From Phoronis australis (lineage: Eukaryota > Animalia > Phoronida): 64,000 nt of DNA. The translations under genes were made by a program, and so were the position numbers. Shown piece after piece: positions 52,501 to 63,555 of this stretch. Under the pieces are notes generated by a model. It was not told the origin of the DNA. It saw nothing but the letters and a program-made list of their open reading frames with translations, and searched no databases. Positions within the stretch are counted from its first letter, which is position 1; every line of letters starts with the position of its first letter. Where the stretch lies: positions 748,570 to 812,569 of the forward strand of contig NMRA01000129.1 of assembly GCA_002633005.1 (NCBI GenBank). The letters run 5' to 3'.

Positions 52501-55500
52501 CGGCTATTATGACCAAGGCCGCATGCTGAGACCCCGGTGGGCTGGTGAGGTGCTGGGAACATGCGGGACAGTGGCAGACACTAAAATGGTATGACCTTGA
52601 CAGGAAAGCAATATCGCGTGCTCAGCACTTCAAAAGGACAAATTCAAAATAATGCTACCTCTGCAAGTCATTTACAGCCAAACTTATCCAGGCATAAAGT
52701 ATTTACGAAACAATTCTGTTTCGACACCCGACTTGGAAAAGTGTTGAACCTGAGAAAATCGTTAAGATACTGTGCAAAATTGAGGAACTGAAAAAGTCAA
52801 AGAGACATTATCATTCTCAGACATTAGGTAGAAAGCGAAAAGGTCATGCCACTGACGTAGAACGTGAAGTCGACCGTGAATAGTTACCGAGATGTGCCAG
52901 TTTTCTAAACTTGGCATGAACCCCGAGCAGTGAAGGCTGATCCACTATAATAGAGACACGTGAAAATACTAATCTAAGACAGTATAGACCAGACAGTGAG
53001 TGCTGCATGAATCAAGTTAAGAAAGTCACAGTTGTTTTCACTGCAAAACTTAACAAAACACAACCAGCCAACCCAGGTGCTCTTGATCCCACCTACTCAA
53101 ATACTAGACAGATGAAGGAAGAAGAAAAGAAAGTAACACGTGAAAACACAATCCAACGATCTAATGCTACAATGTTGTAGAAGAGTGCGTTTAAAACCAA
53201 ATCCATAATTCCTTGACCACTTAAGTTTTCTGGACTTTTCATTGGCTCGATGGTGTAATCGTTGAAGCATACATAGGTAAGGTCTAACTTTAACTTAGTT
53301 AATGTTGAGTAGAATTTGTTCTGAAGATAAATTGAAACTAAAAGCATGTAATGGAAGCTTTTAAATTCCGTTAAAAGTAAACACTTGAAGCATGCAAAGC
53401 TGACCATTTGAGAAAAATGCCTAATAAAAATCAAAAAAAGCAATTTACACACTCTTCAGTCCAATTGCTCCAAAACCCTGCAAAGTACCACCAATAAGCA
53501 AACAGCACTCACACAAAGCTGTCAGTCTACTTACAGCATGGAACTTTCTTGAATATTCTGTCATTGAAAAACGCCACATAGCGTTGAGCATAAAACCCTG
53601 GCCTGTGAACTGATATTGTGTCCTGAAATACACACAGCAACAGCTTAGTGCAAGGCATGCCGAGAGCAATCAGACCAAATGACCTGCAACATTCCATAAC
53701 GATGCCCCAGCACACATAAAATTCACCGTAACAGTAGCTTTTCATTAAAACTCCAAATGAAGGCGAAAGCAAGCACGGAAGTGAAACAAGATCAGATTGT
53801 AGCCAGAGTGACGAGTCATGATGACTGGTTATTACCTGCAATTTGCACCGTCGTGAAGTGACACAGTATTTAATCTGATTACTCTGGGTGCGAACTGCAT
53901 ACTCACACACCGAAACAACAACTTACAGTTCCCACCAAAAGAATGCAGTCAACAGAACGTCTTGATCAACAATGACCACGATGTTCTGAATCGTACAGTG
54001 TTATAAAGAGTTAACGATGAAAACAAAATAAGAGTTAAATATTCAAAAGCCTTTTGATGTTTAACAAACTATGATTCACACACTATAATACAGTTATCAG
54101 TTTCACAATTTCAAAACAATTCCAGACAATGGGCACATTGGACAACAAATACAAATAACGCCACTGAAGAAAGCGACCATGAGGATAGCATGTTAATCTC
54201 CACACAATTCCCAAATTCAGTAACAGTGACATAATCCAACAGACCTAGATAGAACTCAAACAAGAATTGCGATTTAAGAAAGATATGCCCTTGGACCACA
54301 CACGTGTGTGCGTGCATTGAAAAGTAAACAATTTTGATATAAGAGAATAAGAATAATAATTGCAAAGATTTGACTTGAATATCTTACTTACTCCCTCATG
54401 CACAACAGCCTTTATTGTGTGCTCTAACTTTTTGGAAAGCCTGTAACTTTGTAAAATGTCGATGATCCCTATGAACAGTAGTAATCGTTCTCCTTTGGTG
54501 TTCCGAGCTGGAATGCCACCTGGCCTGGAGTGTAATGAAAACATTAATCATTGCATAAAAATAATAATAATAATATATTACTACACAACAGCTCTGCAGC
54601 TCTAGTACTCTTAACTAAGTCAATGACATCCAGAGAATCCAAATACTGGGCCATCCAACTGGCGAGGCATGTCAACGAATTTTTCACCGACTGCCTCTCA
54701 ATCTCCACTGTTTGACAAGTTGGCCACCAGATGGCGCTTTTTAAATCTTAAATCTGGTCATGAAAAAAGGAATGTCAGCAAAAATAAAGAACATGCTGAA
54801 ACATCTTAATACCAACAAACAAATATTGCCTCAACATAAACTGGGAGGTAGCGAGGCTTTGCACAAGATTTAAGCAATATTTAAGAAAATATTTTAAAGC
54901 AAAAAATCATTGATTTCAGCTTGCAGAAACCTGCGCAGTTACAAATAGAGAGTATGACAGTACATAAATCAGAAACCCCTTTCTAATTTCTAGGACCTGG
55001 TGACAATGCTTGCTTCAGGGGCTACATTCTGAGTACCTAGTTACTCTAAGGCCCTTGGGAAGGTCTGAGAAAAAGCCATATCATCTCCTAGAAGGGGATC
55101 ATCACAACTGATGGGTGGGTAAACAGAAACAGGCCTTGCCAGATGACCTCTGACAGAAGAAGCTTGACCGTTTGGGTGAAGCTGATGTCATGGTCTCTGG
55201 TCCAGTTGGAAGTACCCATGGCTAGCACTTGAAGTGTGATTTGCAAGGTAACACAAGCTGTTAGAACTCAATTCAGACTACTCTGTTGCCAGGTCTTTTA
55301 TACGTTTACAAAGAAAGTGCTCATTAGAAAGCCCTCAGTATAACTTATTATGGAAACATCTGTTCCACATGAGACTAAGTGAGTGTGGTCTACAACTGTC
55401 AGTTTTTTTGTTTCAACTAGAATTTACTATTGCAAGCGTAGATCACAATTATTTTACATAATCATTCCAGGTGTGTATGTAATGTAATACCAGCTGAAAG

Positions 55501-58500
55501 AGACTTTATAAAGTTTGCACCATTGGCTTTCCCTCTTAAATGATGTGCACAACTGATAGAACATTACTAACGGAGTATTTTCATCGTCTACTTCCACAGG
55601 TTCTGAGTCAGCTTGAATGGACTCCAGGGCTGTAGAATAGTTGGCCAGCCGCTGCTTCACTGATTTGTTTCTCTGTAGTCCTAGATGAACATAAAATATT
55701 TCAACACAAAACCAATGTATCAATAACGGAATGGGACAGTGAATAATGAAATGTAGCTCATTCATATGGATATTATGGTAATAATTAGCATTACACCTAG
55801 GCCCAGCGCTAGACTCGAACCAATCACCATGCATGCTAGGAGTAAACTACGAAATTTTATGCACTGTGAGTGGTCAATTTTCAAATGGTGTCTCGAGTAA
55901 AATCTTGATGAGCAATGTGCCAGGCAAGCCAACAGACTTACCTTTGTCTGAGGTCATCTCCAGTGACGTGTTGAAGATGGATGTATCCTGCTGGGAACTG
56001 TGAGAATCCCGGGACTCCCTCTCAGCCAACTAAAACACAAAAGAACACAGCTTGAATTTCCTCATAAAAATAATGCATGTTGCATCAGACGTGAGCAGAC
56101 CGCTCACCTGGGCCCCTTTGCACCAGATACCAGAAACCATTTTTCATATATTACTCATATACACCTATTAAGACCAAACTGATGATCAAGAGACCCGACC
56201 CAAGAGTCCAGCGGGAGCTGAACCCACGACCTTGAGAGCAGAACCACTGGGCCACGTTGCTTCCTGTTTCTCATAATGAATGCTGAGAATAACTACACAG
56301 CTCCCTCTCAGCCAACTGATACACAATACAGACACCATTGAATAATGCTTCAAATGGAAGCAGCATATAACATGAAAACTGGAATGGGTTGATGTTTATC
56401 AAAGACACTTGAACGCAAGCAATCACCCAGAGGCTTACTTCATCTCAGAAACATTAAGATAACTACTGCCATTCAATTTTTTAATAACTTTCCACAACTC
56501 CTTGTTTGGTAGAAGACAAATTTAAATGCTTCTTTTCCTAATTAGACTTTCTTGAGTATTTCAGCATAACCATTCTGAAGAACTAAGAAAAAGTTACCAT
56601 TTCCTGTTAGGATTAGAAAGAAAGCTTTTAATGGTTTTTTTAATGAACTTAGACTGACTTCCTGCCGACATGGTTCATTATTTTCCATTCCTACTTATCC
56701 TGACATTTTTCCACTTGAACATATGTAAAGTACTTATTTGATCACACTGAAAACAGTATGACTTGTTCATACTTTCTAAAATTCACAAAAAATTAACACT
56801 AACAGAGGTTCAAAGTATTGATGTGGCAGAGGCTAGTCACTAATCAGGGCTTGGAATGACCAATGACAAAAAACGCGGAAACTTTTACGGCCCAAATCAT
56901 GCGCGCTACCCAGCCTTGAAATGGTCGGTGTGAACCCCGAGGACTAAAAAAAAAAAGAAACATCGGTAGCATGCGTCTGCATCCTTTTAGATCGCCCGTC
57001 GACTCCCAATCCACACACTTTTGGCTGCAAAGCCGTAGTATTTGTCGCCGCGGTTTACAGTAACACGAGACGCCATTGAAAATCCCACCACGCTATCCCA
57101 GACGCCCCGGCAATGTTGACAATTTACGTTCCTCCGAAACATAAAGAGCAACTTCCGCTTTTCGAGGTGAACGTCGTCTGCAACGCCGCGGTAAGAAAGG
57201 AATTTGCCGCGGAAATTTTATATCAAATCCGATTCTTTTACGCGGGAATATTATAAAATACGCGGAAAGAACATTTGAAAAAAGCGGAAATCCGCGTTTC
57301 CGCGGAAAATTCCAAGCCCTGACTAATGCCAGTGCTCCGATACTCACCCTTTTGTCGACAGCTGCCTGGTCCAAGTTGTGAATCCCAAGCAGAAGACTGT
57401 AGTCCATGATCTTGAAACTTTCCAGAACCTGAGGAAACAAGTGTGCGCATGGTTAAGGAAGAGGCAAGATGAACCGTCTCGTGTGCACCTATAATGTAGA
57501 ATGCCCTTCAAGATTTTGTCCACGAAGACTCAACCTGAGGAAGTTTTGCTTATCCACAGCTATAACAGCAATCAAAACACAACAACATCAACACATTTAT
57601 CATAATCAACGGTGACAATAGAGAACTCAATTTTCTCCAGGGAGGGAGACTGACGAAAGGTCCGTGAGAAATTGTGAATCAAACCTAAGACATACGACGA
57701 CTTACCCGACAGTCCCGTTGTATCGTCTTACAAAGTGCGGCCCACGTCTCCGACTCTAGTAATACGCCCTCAGGGTGGTTTGACATAAAGTCCAGATCCT
57801 TCAGAGTGGGACTTCTCTTGGCCCTCTCCGCCTTGGATGCCTTTCTTTTGTGAGTGCTCCCTTTCAAGTCATACTTTTCATGCAGTCGTATGTTGGTCGG
57901 CAGTAAATTGTTCATGATTATGAAACGAATATTTTTTCCACCACACTGCAAAAACAAGACAAATCATCTGAACATGGCATCAAACTGAGGTAGATGGAAG
58001 AGACTGGACAAACTTGGCATTTCTATCAATGCATCCATTCTTCTAGTTAAATGGAGCTTAAATGGACGACTAAAAATTCTGGGGATGGTATTAAATCGAG
58101 TAAAACAGGAACATGGCAATCAGATGAGAAAACGCTGAAAATCCACAGAACAGTTAGCTGAACATAGATACTAACCAGACACATGCACAGTCAGTGTTAA
58201 TATCATACAAAACACTGTGTATAGAACCCAAATTAGCAACACAGTTGGGCTTTAACTGCAGCAGTAAATATCAAATCTTAGATCAGCTGTAATGGAACAC
58301 CCCATCATGATCTGGTACAGGCATGTTCTATCTTCATCATTTGTTCATTAATTCAAATAAAATCAGATAGAGTATGGGCACTTAAGTTTGCAGAGATCGA
58401 TTCGTGATTATGTTGTCCCTGCTTTTTTACAAAAGGAGCCACAGGTAAATGCCCATGTTCAGCCGCGAACATTTGACCAATTCCATCTTGTTTGATAAAT

Positions 58501-61500
58501 CATGGTTAAATTCCAGCTATCCATGGAAAACACAAAAGCCCCACAGCAACCAGTTTTTGGTGTCTTTAAATTGATCAGGCCACTTGTGTCCACTTTATGA
58601 CATCACACCACCAGGTGGTGCACGAATGATCTAAGGATATTTGTATTAAAATGCATAAATTCTAAGCTTAATTAATTCCTTCTAACACTTTTTGACTTAA
58701 GAACATGAAGGCAGCATAACTGTTCTCTTGGTAATTTTAAGTTCAGTTTAATAGTCCAAGAGTGTGTAATCACCACTTTAAGCTGGGCAGTCTTACCTGA
58801 TAACAATAGAGACCATAGAATTTAGGCAGCAGCGTCCTGGGGTTTTGGTTCAGGTTCTGAAAAAGTTGAAGTATATTGTTTACCTGGGATGTGTCTCGCA
58901 TATATTCAAGTGAGCAGAGTCACTGAGACATTAAAGGTAACGTTATCACATCCATGCCATGTTTATCCTCACGCTGACCTGTATTAGGGTGAGCAAACCA
59001 ATATGGCGGAAATTCAGCAAGAGCGAAATTTTGTCACTTTTCATGATTTTCACAAGCTCATATCTATTAGCATACTAAGTGGTGACAAATGAAGTATGCC
59101 AGTGAAATATTTAATTTTTCTTCTTACTATTGATATCCATTACAAAAAATTGGGCATTAATGAGTATTTTTAAAAATTGAAGTAAAGCGAGCACTTCACA
59201 AATTTTTCACTCACCGGTAAATTCTTGTGACTTTCAGTAGGGGTCAAACTTTCAGCTGTTAAATAAATGGCCGTTACTGAACCGATTTTAATGATATTTA
59301 TATCAAACTGTTTGCTACAAAATTCTGCTTTCAATCCTGAGTGTACACTTTTTATTTTCTCGACAAAAATATGAGAAAATGTACTTTTTTTGATTTACGG
59401 CCTCGCCACTCTCTCACCTGGAAAAATCCTGAAAGTGTACACTCAATGTCATAATCACTTAACATGTCCTAATCCATTCCTGATCAAATTTTTTCACTTT
59501 ATCTCACCATTTCCATTTAGGAACACTTCTAAAAAGGAAACTTTAGTCAATTTTCAAGAACCATGTTGACCTTTCCAGGGTTCAAACTAAACTCGACCTG
59601 ATTGGTCAAATGTATTCAACAGAGCCAGTCAAAACTTCTCTAAATTACAAAACGTGGTCCAAACCTGGTAAAATATTTTCATTAAAATAATATAGAATAC
59701 TTTTAAAATTTAATTTAAGTCAATTTTGGGAATAGAGTCATTTTTTTCTATTTTCTTCAAAAATATTTTTGTTACACTTTTACTACCTCGTGAGGGCGCT
59801 GTGATCAGTTTCATTTTTTAGAAAATTACATATTTCACCAAAATAAATGTTCAGTCAACACTGCAGTGCATCAAAACATTTTAGAATACAAATATGCTTT
59901 TTTTGGATAGTCACCAACACAACACCTCTCAGTTTCTATATTATTTGATAGGAATGAAACTGATTTAAAATTCGTTGACATTTTAGGGTCCAATTTAATT
60001 TTGTTTAATTAAAAATGCATATTACCATTTTTTGTCATTTGGTGTGCAAGTTAAGATTGTGAAAACATTGATCTTACTTGGGAAAAAAGACTAATTTGCA
60101 TAACCTCACAGGTTTTTAAGTAAATAACGAAATACTCTGAAAAAGACTAGTTTTCTGGTTTTTGCTCATTTTGAATTCATTTGTTATGCAAATTTCATTT
60201 TTTAGAATTATTTCAAAATCTTTTGGAGTAAAAGAAACATGTTCACCAAACCATAGTAATTCTTGAAGTGTTTTGTCATTTTCAAGGTTATAAGTTGCTC
60301 TCTTTTTAAAACATCACTTGTTAAACTTGGCTTCAGGGGCAAAAATGTCCTGTCACAAGTCGAAAAAAAACTAAGTCGATGGTGAATTTTTCAATTTTTG
60401 TTGTTCTCGTTCGTGCAAAATATAATAATTTGTGGTTTGATGTTTATGCCATGTTGTTAAGCTACTTGCAAAGGACTCTCCATCTTGTTTTAAGAACATT
60501 GTGAGCTATGGATTCCCAAATATAGTTGTCTAAACTTGCCATTTTCTGTGGCCTGAAATTTCCGGGTGCCGTTTGCTGAAAAAAAGGCCATTTTTGAGGC
60601 TCTAAAATTCAAATAACTCGAGAACCGCTGAACCGATTTGTAAAATTCAAAAAGTTGTATAAACAGCATGTCTAAAGCTATCATTTAACACTCTTTTCAA
60701 GTGTTTCTAATGAAATTTGTATTTGGGTTTGCTCACCCTACCTGTATTAAGTCAACTTGATGGATGGTCACAAAAAGAGTGCAAAATCATGATCAAAATA
60801 CATTGTTTGAGTCTCGAGTGATGCCCATATAAGTCCTTACAATCATACTTAGGCATAAGCTAGAGCTCCACTGTTTCCTACAGATGGCGCTGTAACATAG
60901 GGTAAACCTAGACCTTACAATTTTTAAGTCCCACACAGTGTTGATTAGGTCGAGCAAAAATAAACTTTAAAGTGGAAAGAATCAAGTAAGTGAATATTCC
61001 CATAGAAAAAAAAACAGATGTCATTTGGTAGACACTGTTATCATTTACTACCATGAACACTAACTAGTCTCACTAAAAAAACAAATAAAGAGTTCCACCA
61101 TCAAACATGAGGCAAAAACATGGTTTTCAAGGATGGCATTGTGGCATTGCATGCAATGTTACAACAAAGCTGTCCATCTTCAAAATGAAGTATTTTCACT
61201 AAAAAGACAATTTCTGTAAATGCTAAGGGTTGAACACGAGAAGAAGGATGAGAACAGTGAGATGCTGGCATGCTCACCATGTAGTAACCAGGAAGTAGTT
61301 TCTGTAAGAACTCCGCCTCTTTGTGTTGCACGGTCTTGATGATGAACTCGTCATCATTGGTGATATAGAACACACTCCCACTGGCGCCGGGATTAGACAG
61401 CTCTCGCAGTGGCTCATTGCACAGAGACATCTGAAGGGAAAGAGTGTGAGGTATTTACTGCAAGTCATGTTAGAAAGCCACCGTCTTTGTCTGGGAAATC

Positions 61501-63294
61501 CAAATAGGCCTCTCGCAGACGGAATAAAGGTTAACTCAGGTTGGCTACTGTTCGACCTTGAAGCTCAGGTAAAACTATACATGGCCAGTGGAAATCTAAT
61601 GCTGCATGCCAGGGTTATATTGGTTGAGAAAAACGAGGAAATTCATGTATGAAAATGCCCCTTTAAAAGTTGTTTTTGTCAGCTGACTAAGGACATCATG
61701 ATCCAATTTACTGGTGTAAAACAGAGACAACACAATTTACAAGTCTAAACAGACAATGGTTTCATGATACAATGAGCCACTCAATTCCATTTAGAGTCGA
61801 GGAATATGATTCAATACAAGATCCAGTTACAAATACTGCTTTCATTTGCAATAATCAATGATTTTTTTGCTTCAGAATGGATACTGTACTGTAGAAGATA
61901 ATATTTCCATTAATATGTAAAGCATATCAACCTGTCAAGTTAGGATTTGTGCTGGAAAAGAATTGGAAATGCCAAAATCAAGACTAGCTTGAGCACTCGC
62001 GACAATCATTAGATAACCATATCTTTCATTAAATACAGTCACTCCGCCACCTGACAAAGACACTTGATATCGTTATAACAAACATTCTTCAATTTGGGGA
62101 ATTGCTCAAATTGCCATTTTCCAAAATTTGCAAGTTTGCTGAAAGCGCTCAAAATGTTACCAAGTGTTGCTCGGTGACAGTCATACCAAAAAACAATACA
62201 AATAACTACCAAAAATGCTTAACAGTTTTCTGCTGAGAAATACGAGACAGCGAAATTCCCCATCTCCACCATATTGTGTCCTGAACTGAAGAATTTTTAG
62301 AATAATTGTATTTTGAGAAATAAGACTCTAGACAAAGGAGTGTTTACACCTTACCAGAAAGTCGTCCGGCTGAATTCCAAACAGTAACCTGAAGTATCTA
62401 AACGCTGTGGGCGCATACGTTTTGAAGCGAAAGTCGCTGTAGTGGTGAGCTGGTGTGATGTTGCTCCCTTCACTGTAAACACAAGTGATCTATCGGTAGA
62501 AGCAATCCACATTAAGTAACATTCTCAGTTTGTTGTCATCAATGTAACAGATCTCAATAGGACTGCACAAAAGACTGCAAGGACTTGAATGAGCGATAGA
62601 TGTGTAAGGCAAGTCTCCACTTATTTCGCACAGAAATTCTTACCAAAATGGTAATTTTTCTATTTTCATCTTTATTTAATAGCAAATAGAGGGAATATTA
62701 GCATTTTATGACACCTGCACCCTACAACCTTGTCATAGATTAAAATGTTCCTAGACTTTACTTTTGTGCAGAAATTTAAAAAAAAATAGAATTTCACTAG
62801 TCAGCCATATAGTGTGATAAATAAGTGAATAATTGCCATAGCGGGCACCATAGGTATTTTAATTACCAGTTTATTGATCATTCACAAGGACTTTTCAACG
62901 GGTCTGCCAGTCAAGTCTTCTGCAAAACTTGTCATATCAGTGCTCGCCACGGGCGAAAATTCTCGCTCGAAAATACAAGTGATGATATATTTGTCAGTCA
63001 CATTCAAAGATTTGGGCTGGTAAAAAAATAACGACTGGAGAAAAAAGACGCTGAACATTTGCCCATTCGAATAACACAAGTGAGGTCAATTTTCTACAAG
63101 TATTTAACATTTTCTACTCGTCTTTTTGAGTGTTTACTCATTTATGTCGACCAGTGCACATACCTTGGAAAAAAGACACTCTCAACCACTGTGAAGTCCT
63201 GCATCAGAAGGTCGCGCTCGGGCTTCATCGATAAACTACCAATGCTTCGACTTATACCAAGCTGCATAGCGGCCATCAACTCCGAAGTCGGTTT
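46099..63294 (-). CDS. PIP5K1: Type I phosphatidylinositol-4-phosphate 5-kinase, 5'-partial; 16 exons, 2394 nt in window
   Basis: PIPK motifs [51 protein letters not shown]; type I activation loop KKLEH (Glu) and [10 protein letters not shown]; all exons join in frame through GT-AG introns. Confidence 0.97.
47442..47746 (-). CDS. PIP5K1: PIP5K1 C-terminal Ser/Asp-rich exon
   Basis: ttgtag|AA AGA GAT ... CAA GTG|gtaaga; 305 nt, phase 1 to 0. Confidence 0.8.
48415..48596 (-). CDS. PIP5K1: PIP5K1 C-terminal exon
   Basis: ttcctaag|C CAC CAC ... TTA G|gtaagg; 182 nt, phase 2 to 1, open frame [13 protein letters not shown]...SCESL. Confidence 0.8.
49814..49937 (-). CDS. PIP5K1: PIP5K1 exon with RPDLLP motif
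   Basis: ttcttag|CT GGC ... AG|gtaaac; [11 protein letters not shown] matches the RPDxLP tail motif of type I kinases. Confidence 0.87.
50471..50581 (-). CDS. PIP5K1: PIP5K1 exon starting LKHSPSKK
   Basis: tttcag|CT CTC AAA CAT ... TTA G|gtgggt; 111 nt; LKxSPSKK follows the kinase domain in type I enzymes. Confidence 0.9.
52888..52944 (-). CDS. PIP5K1: PIP5K1 57-nt symmetric (phase 1-1) cassette exon [19 protein letters not shown]
   Basis: ctattatag|TG GAT CAG ... CTC G|gtaact; open and frame-preserving between KKVPC and ALKHSPS. Confidence 0.7.
53535..53622 (-). CDS. PIP5K1: PIP5K1 exon, end of kinase domain
   Basis: tttcag|[30 protein letters not shown]|gtaagt. Confidence 0.95.
54392..54524 (-). 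CDS. PIP5K1: PIP5K1 exon (DILQSY, activation loop)
   Basis: [44 protein letters not shown]|gtaagt. Confidence 0.96.
54721..54739 (+). promoter_or_regulatory. Near-consensus CTCF motif
   Basis: tggccaccagatggcgctt versus consensus TGGCCACCAGRKGGCGCTA; binding is not demonstrated. Confidence 0.5.
55572..55680 (-). CDS. PIP5K1: PIP5K1 exon (kinase insert, YSTALESIQ)
   Basis: catctag|GA CTA CAG ... ACT CC|gttagt; 109 nt. Confidence 0.92.
55942..56029 (-). CDS. PIP5K1: PIP5K1 exon (kinase insert)
   Basis: tgttttag|TTG GCT GAG ... AAA G|gtaagt; 88 nt; bridges phase 0 to phase 1 as required. Confidence 0.85.
56080..56260 (-). mobile_element. tRNA-derived SINE-like remnant
   Basis: Minus strand A-box TGGCCCAGTGG (56254-56244) and B-box-like GGTTCAGCTCC (56224-56214); spacing too short for a tRNA; 3' boundary is approximate. 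Confidence 0.5.
56845..57321. mobile_element. Non-autonomous hAT-like DNA transposon, 477 bp
   Basis: 13-bp perfect TIR cagggcttggaat / attccaagccctg; flanking direct repeat actaat; multiple subterminal cgcgg(a) repeats. Confidence 0.88.
57348..57428 (-). CDS. PIP5K1: PIP5K1 exon (MDYSL catalytic motif)
   Basis: [27 protein letters not shown]|gtgagt. Confidence 0.96.
57706..57945 (-). CDS. PIP5K1: PIP5K1 exon (YDLKGS, KDLDF)
   Basis: ttgcag|CGGKNIR...QRDCR|gtaagt; 240 nt. Confidence 0.97.
58797..58856 (-). CDS. PIP5K1: PIP5K1 exon [20 protein letters not shown]; not in the ORF track
   Basis: ttcag|AAC CTG ... TAT CAG|gtaaga; 60 nt. Confidence 0.96.
58985..60740. mobile_element. Non-autonomous DNA transposon, 1756 bp, AT-rich, no transposase ORF
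   Basis: 15-bp perfect TIR tagggtgagcaaacc / ggtttgctcacccta flanked by direct repeat cctgtat. Confidence 0.9.
61278..61430 (-). CDS. PIP5K1: PIP5K1 exon (G-loop, IIK lysine)
   Basis: [51 protein letters not shown]|gtgagc. Confidence 0.97.
62355..62472 (-). CDS. PIP5K1: PIP5K1 exon (FRFKTYAP); not in the ORF track
   Basis: tacag|T GAA GGG: [39 protein letters not shown]|gtaagg. Confidence 0.96.
63164..63294 (-). CDS. PIP5K1: PIP5K1 most 5' recognisable exon in the window
   Basis: ttccag|[45 protein letters not shown]|gtatgt. Confidence 0.96.
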
Positions 63295-63378
63295 CTGGAA
63301 ACATAGTTGGGTTACTAGAATTCTACAATTTTGAAAGTTTTTAGATTTGACATGAAATTAGATTTGGGATATAGGGAA

Positions 63379-63555
63379 GACATGTTTGTAAACAAAACAA
63401 GAGAAAACTCATTTCCACAAATGTTAAATCTGTTTTGAATATATCTGCCAACGACATCTTTGAGAACAAAACAAGAAATAACTCACTCGTAACATTATGG
63501 TAAATCAGTTTTGAAATATGCCAAGGACATCTTTGTAAATAAAACAAGAAATAAA
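63379..63555. repeat. Degenerate ~74-bp tandem repeat x2.4
   Basis: gacat(g/c)tttg...aaaacaaga recurs near 63379, 63453 and 63527. Confidence 0.75.

Noticed and set aside
56190-56260. tRNA gene
   Set aside because: A-B box spacing is only about 19 nt and there is no cloverleaf; treated as a SINE remnant.
58283-58340. Intronic C/D-box snoRNA (ATGATGA...CTGA on the minus strand)
   Set aside because: Too short, no terminal stem and no recognisable rRNA-complementary guide.
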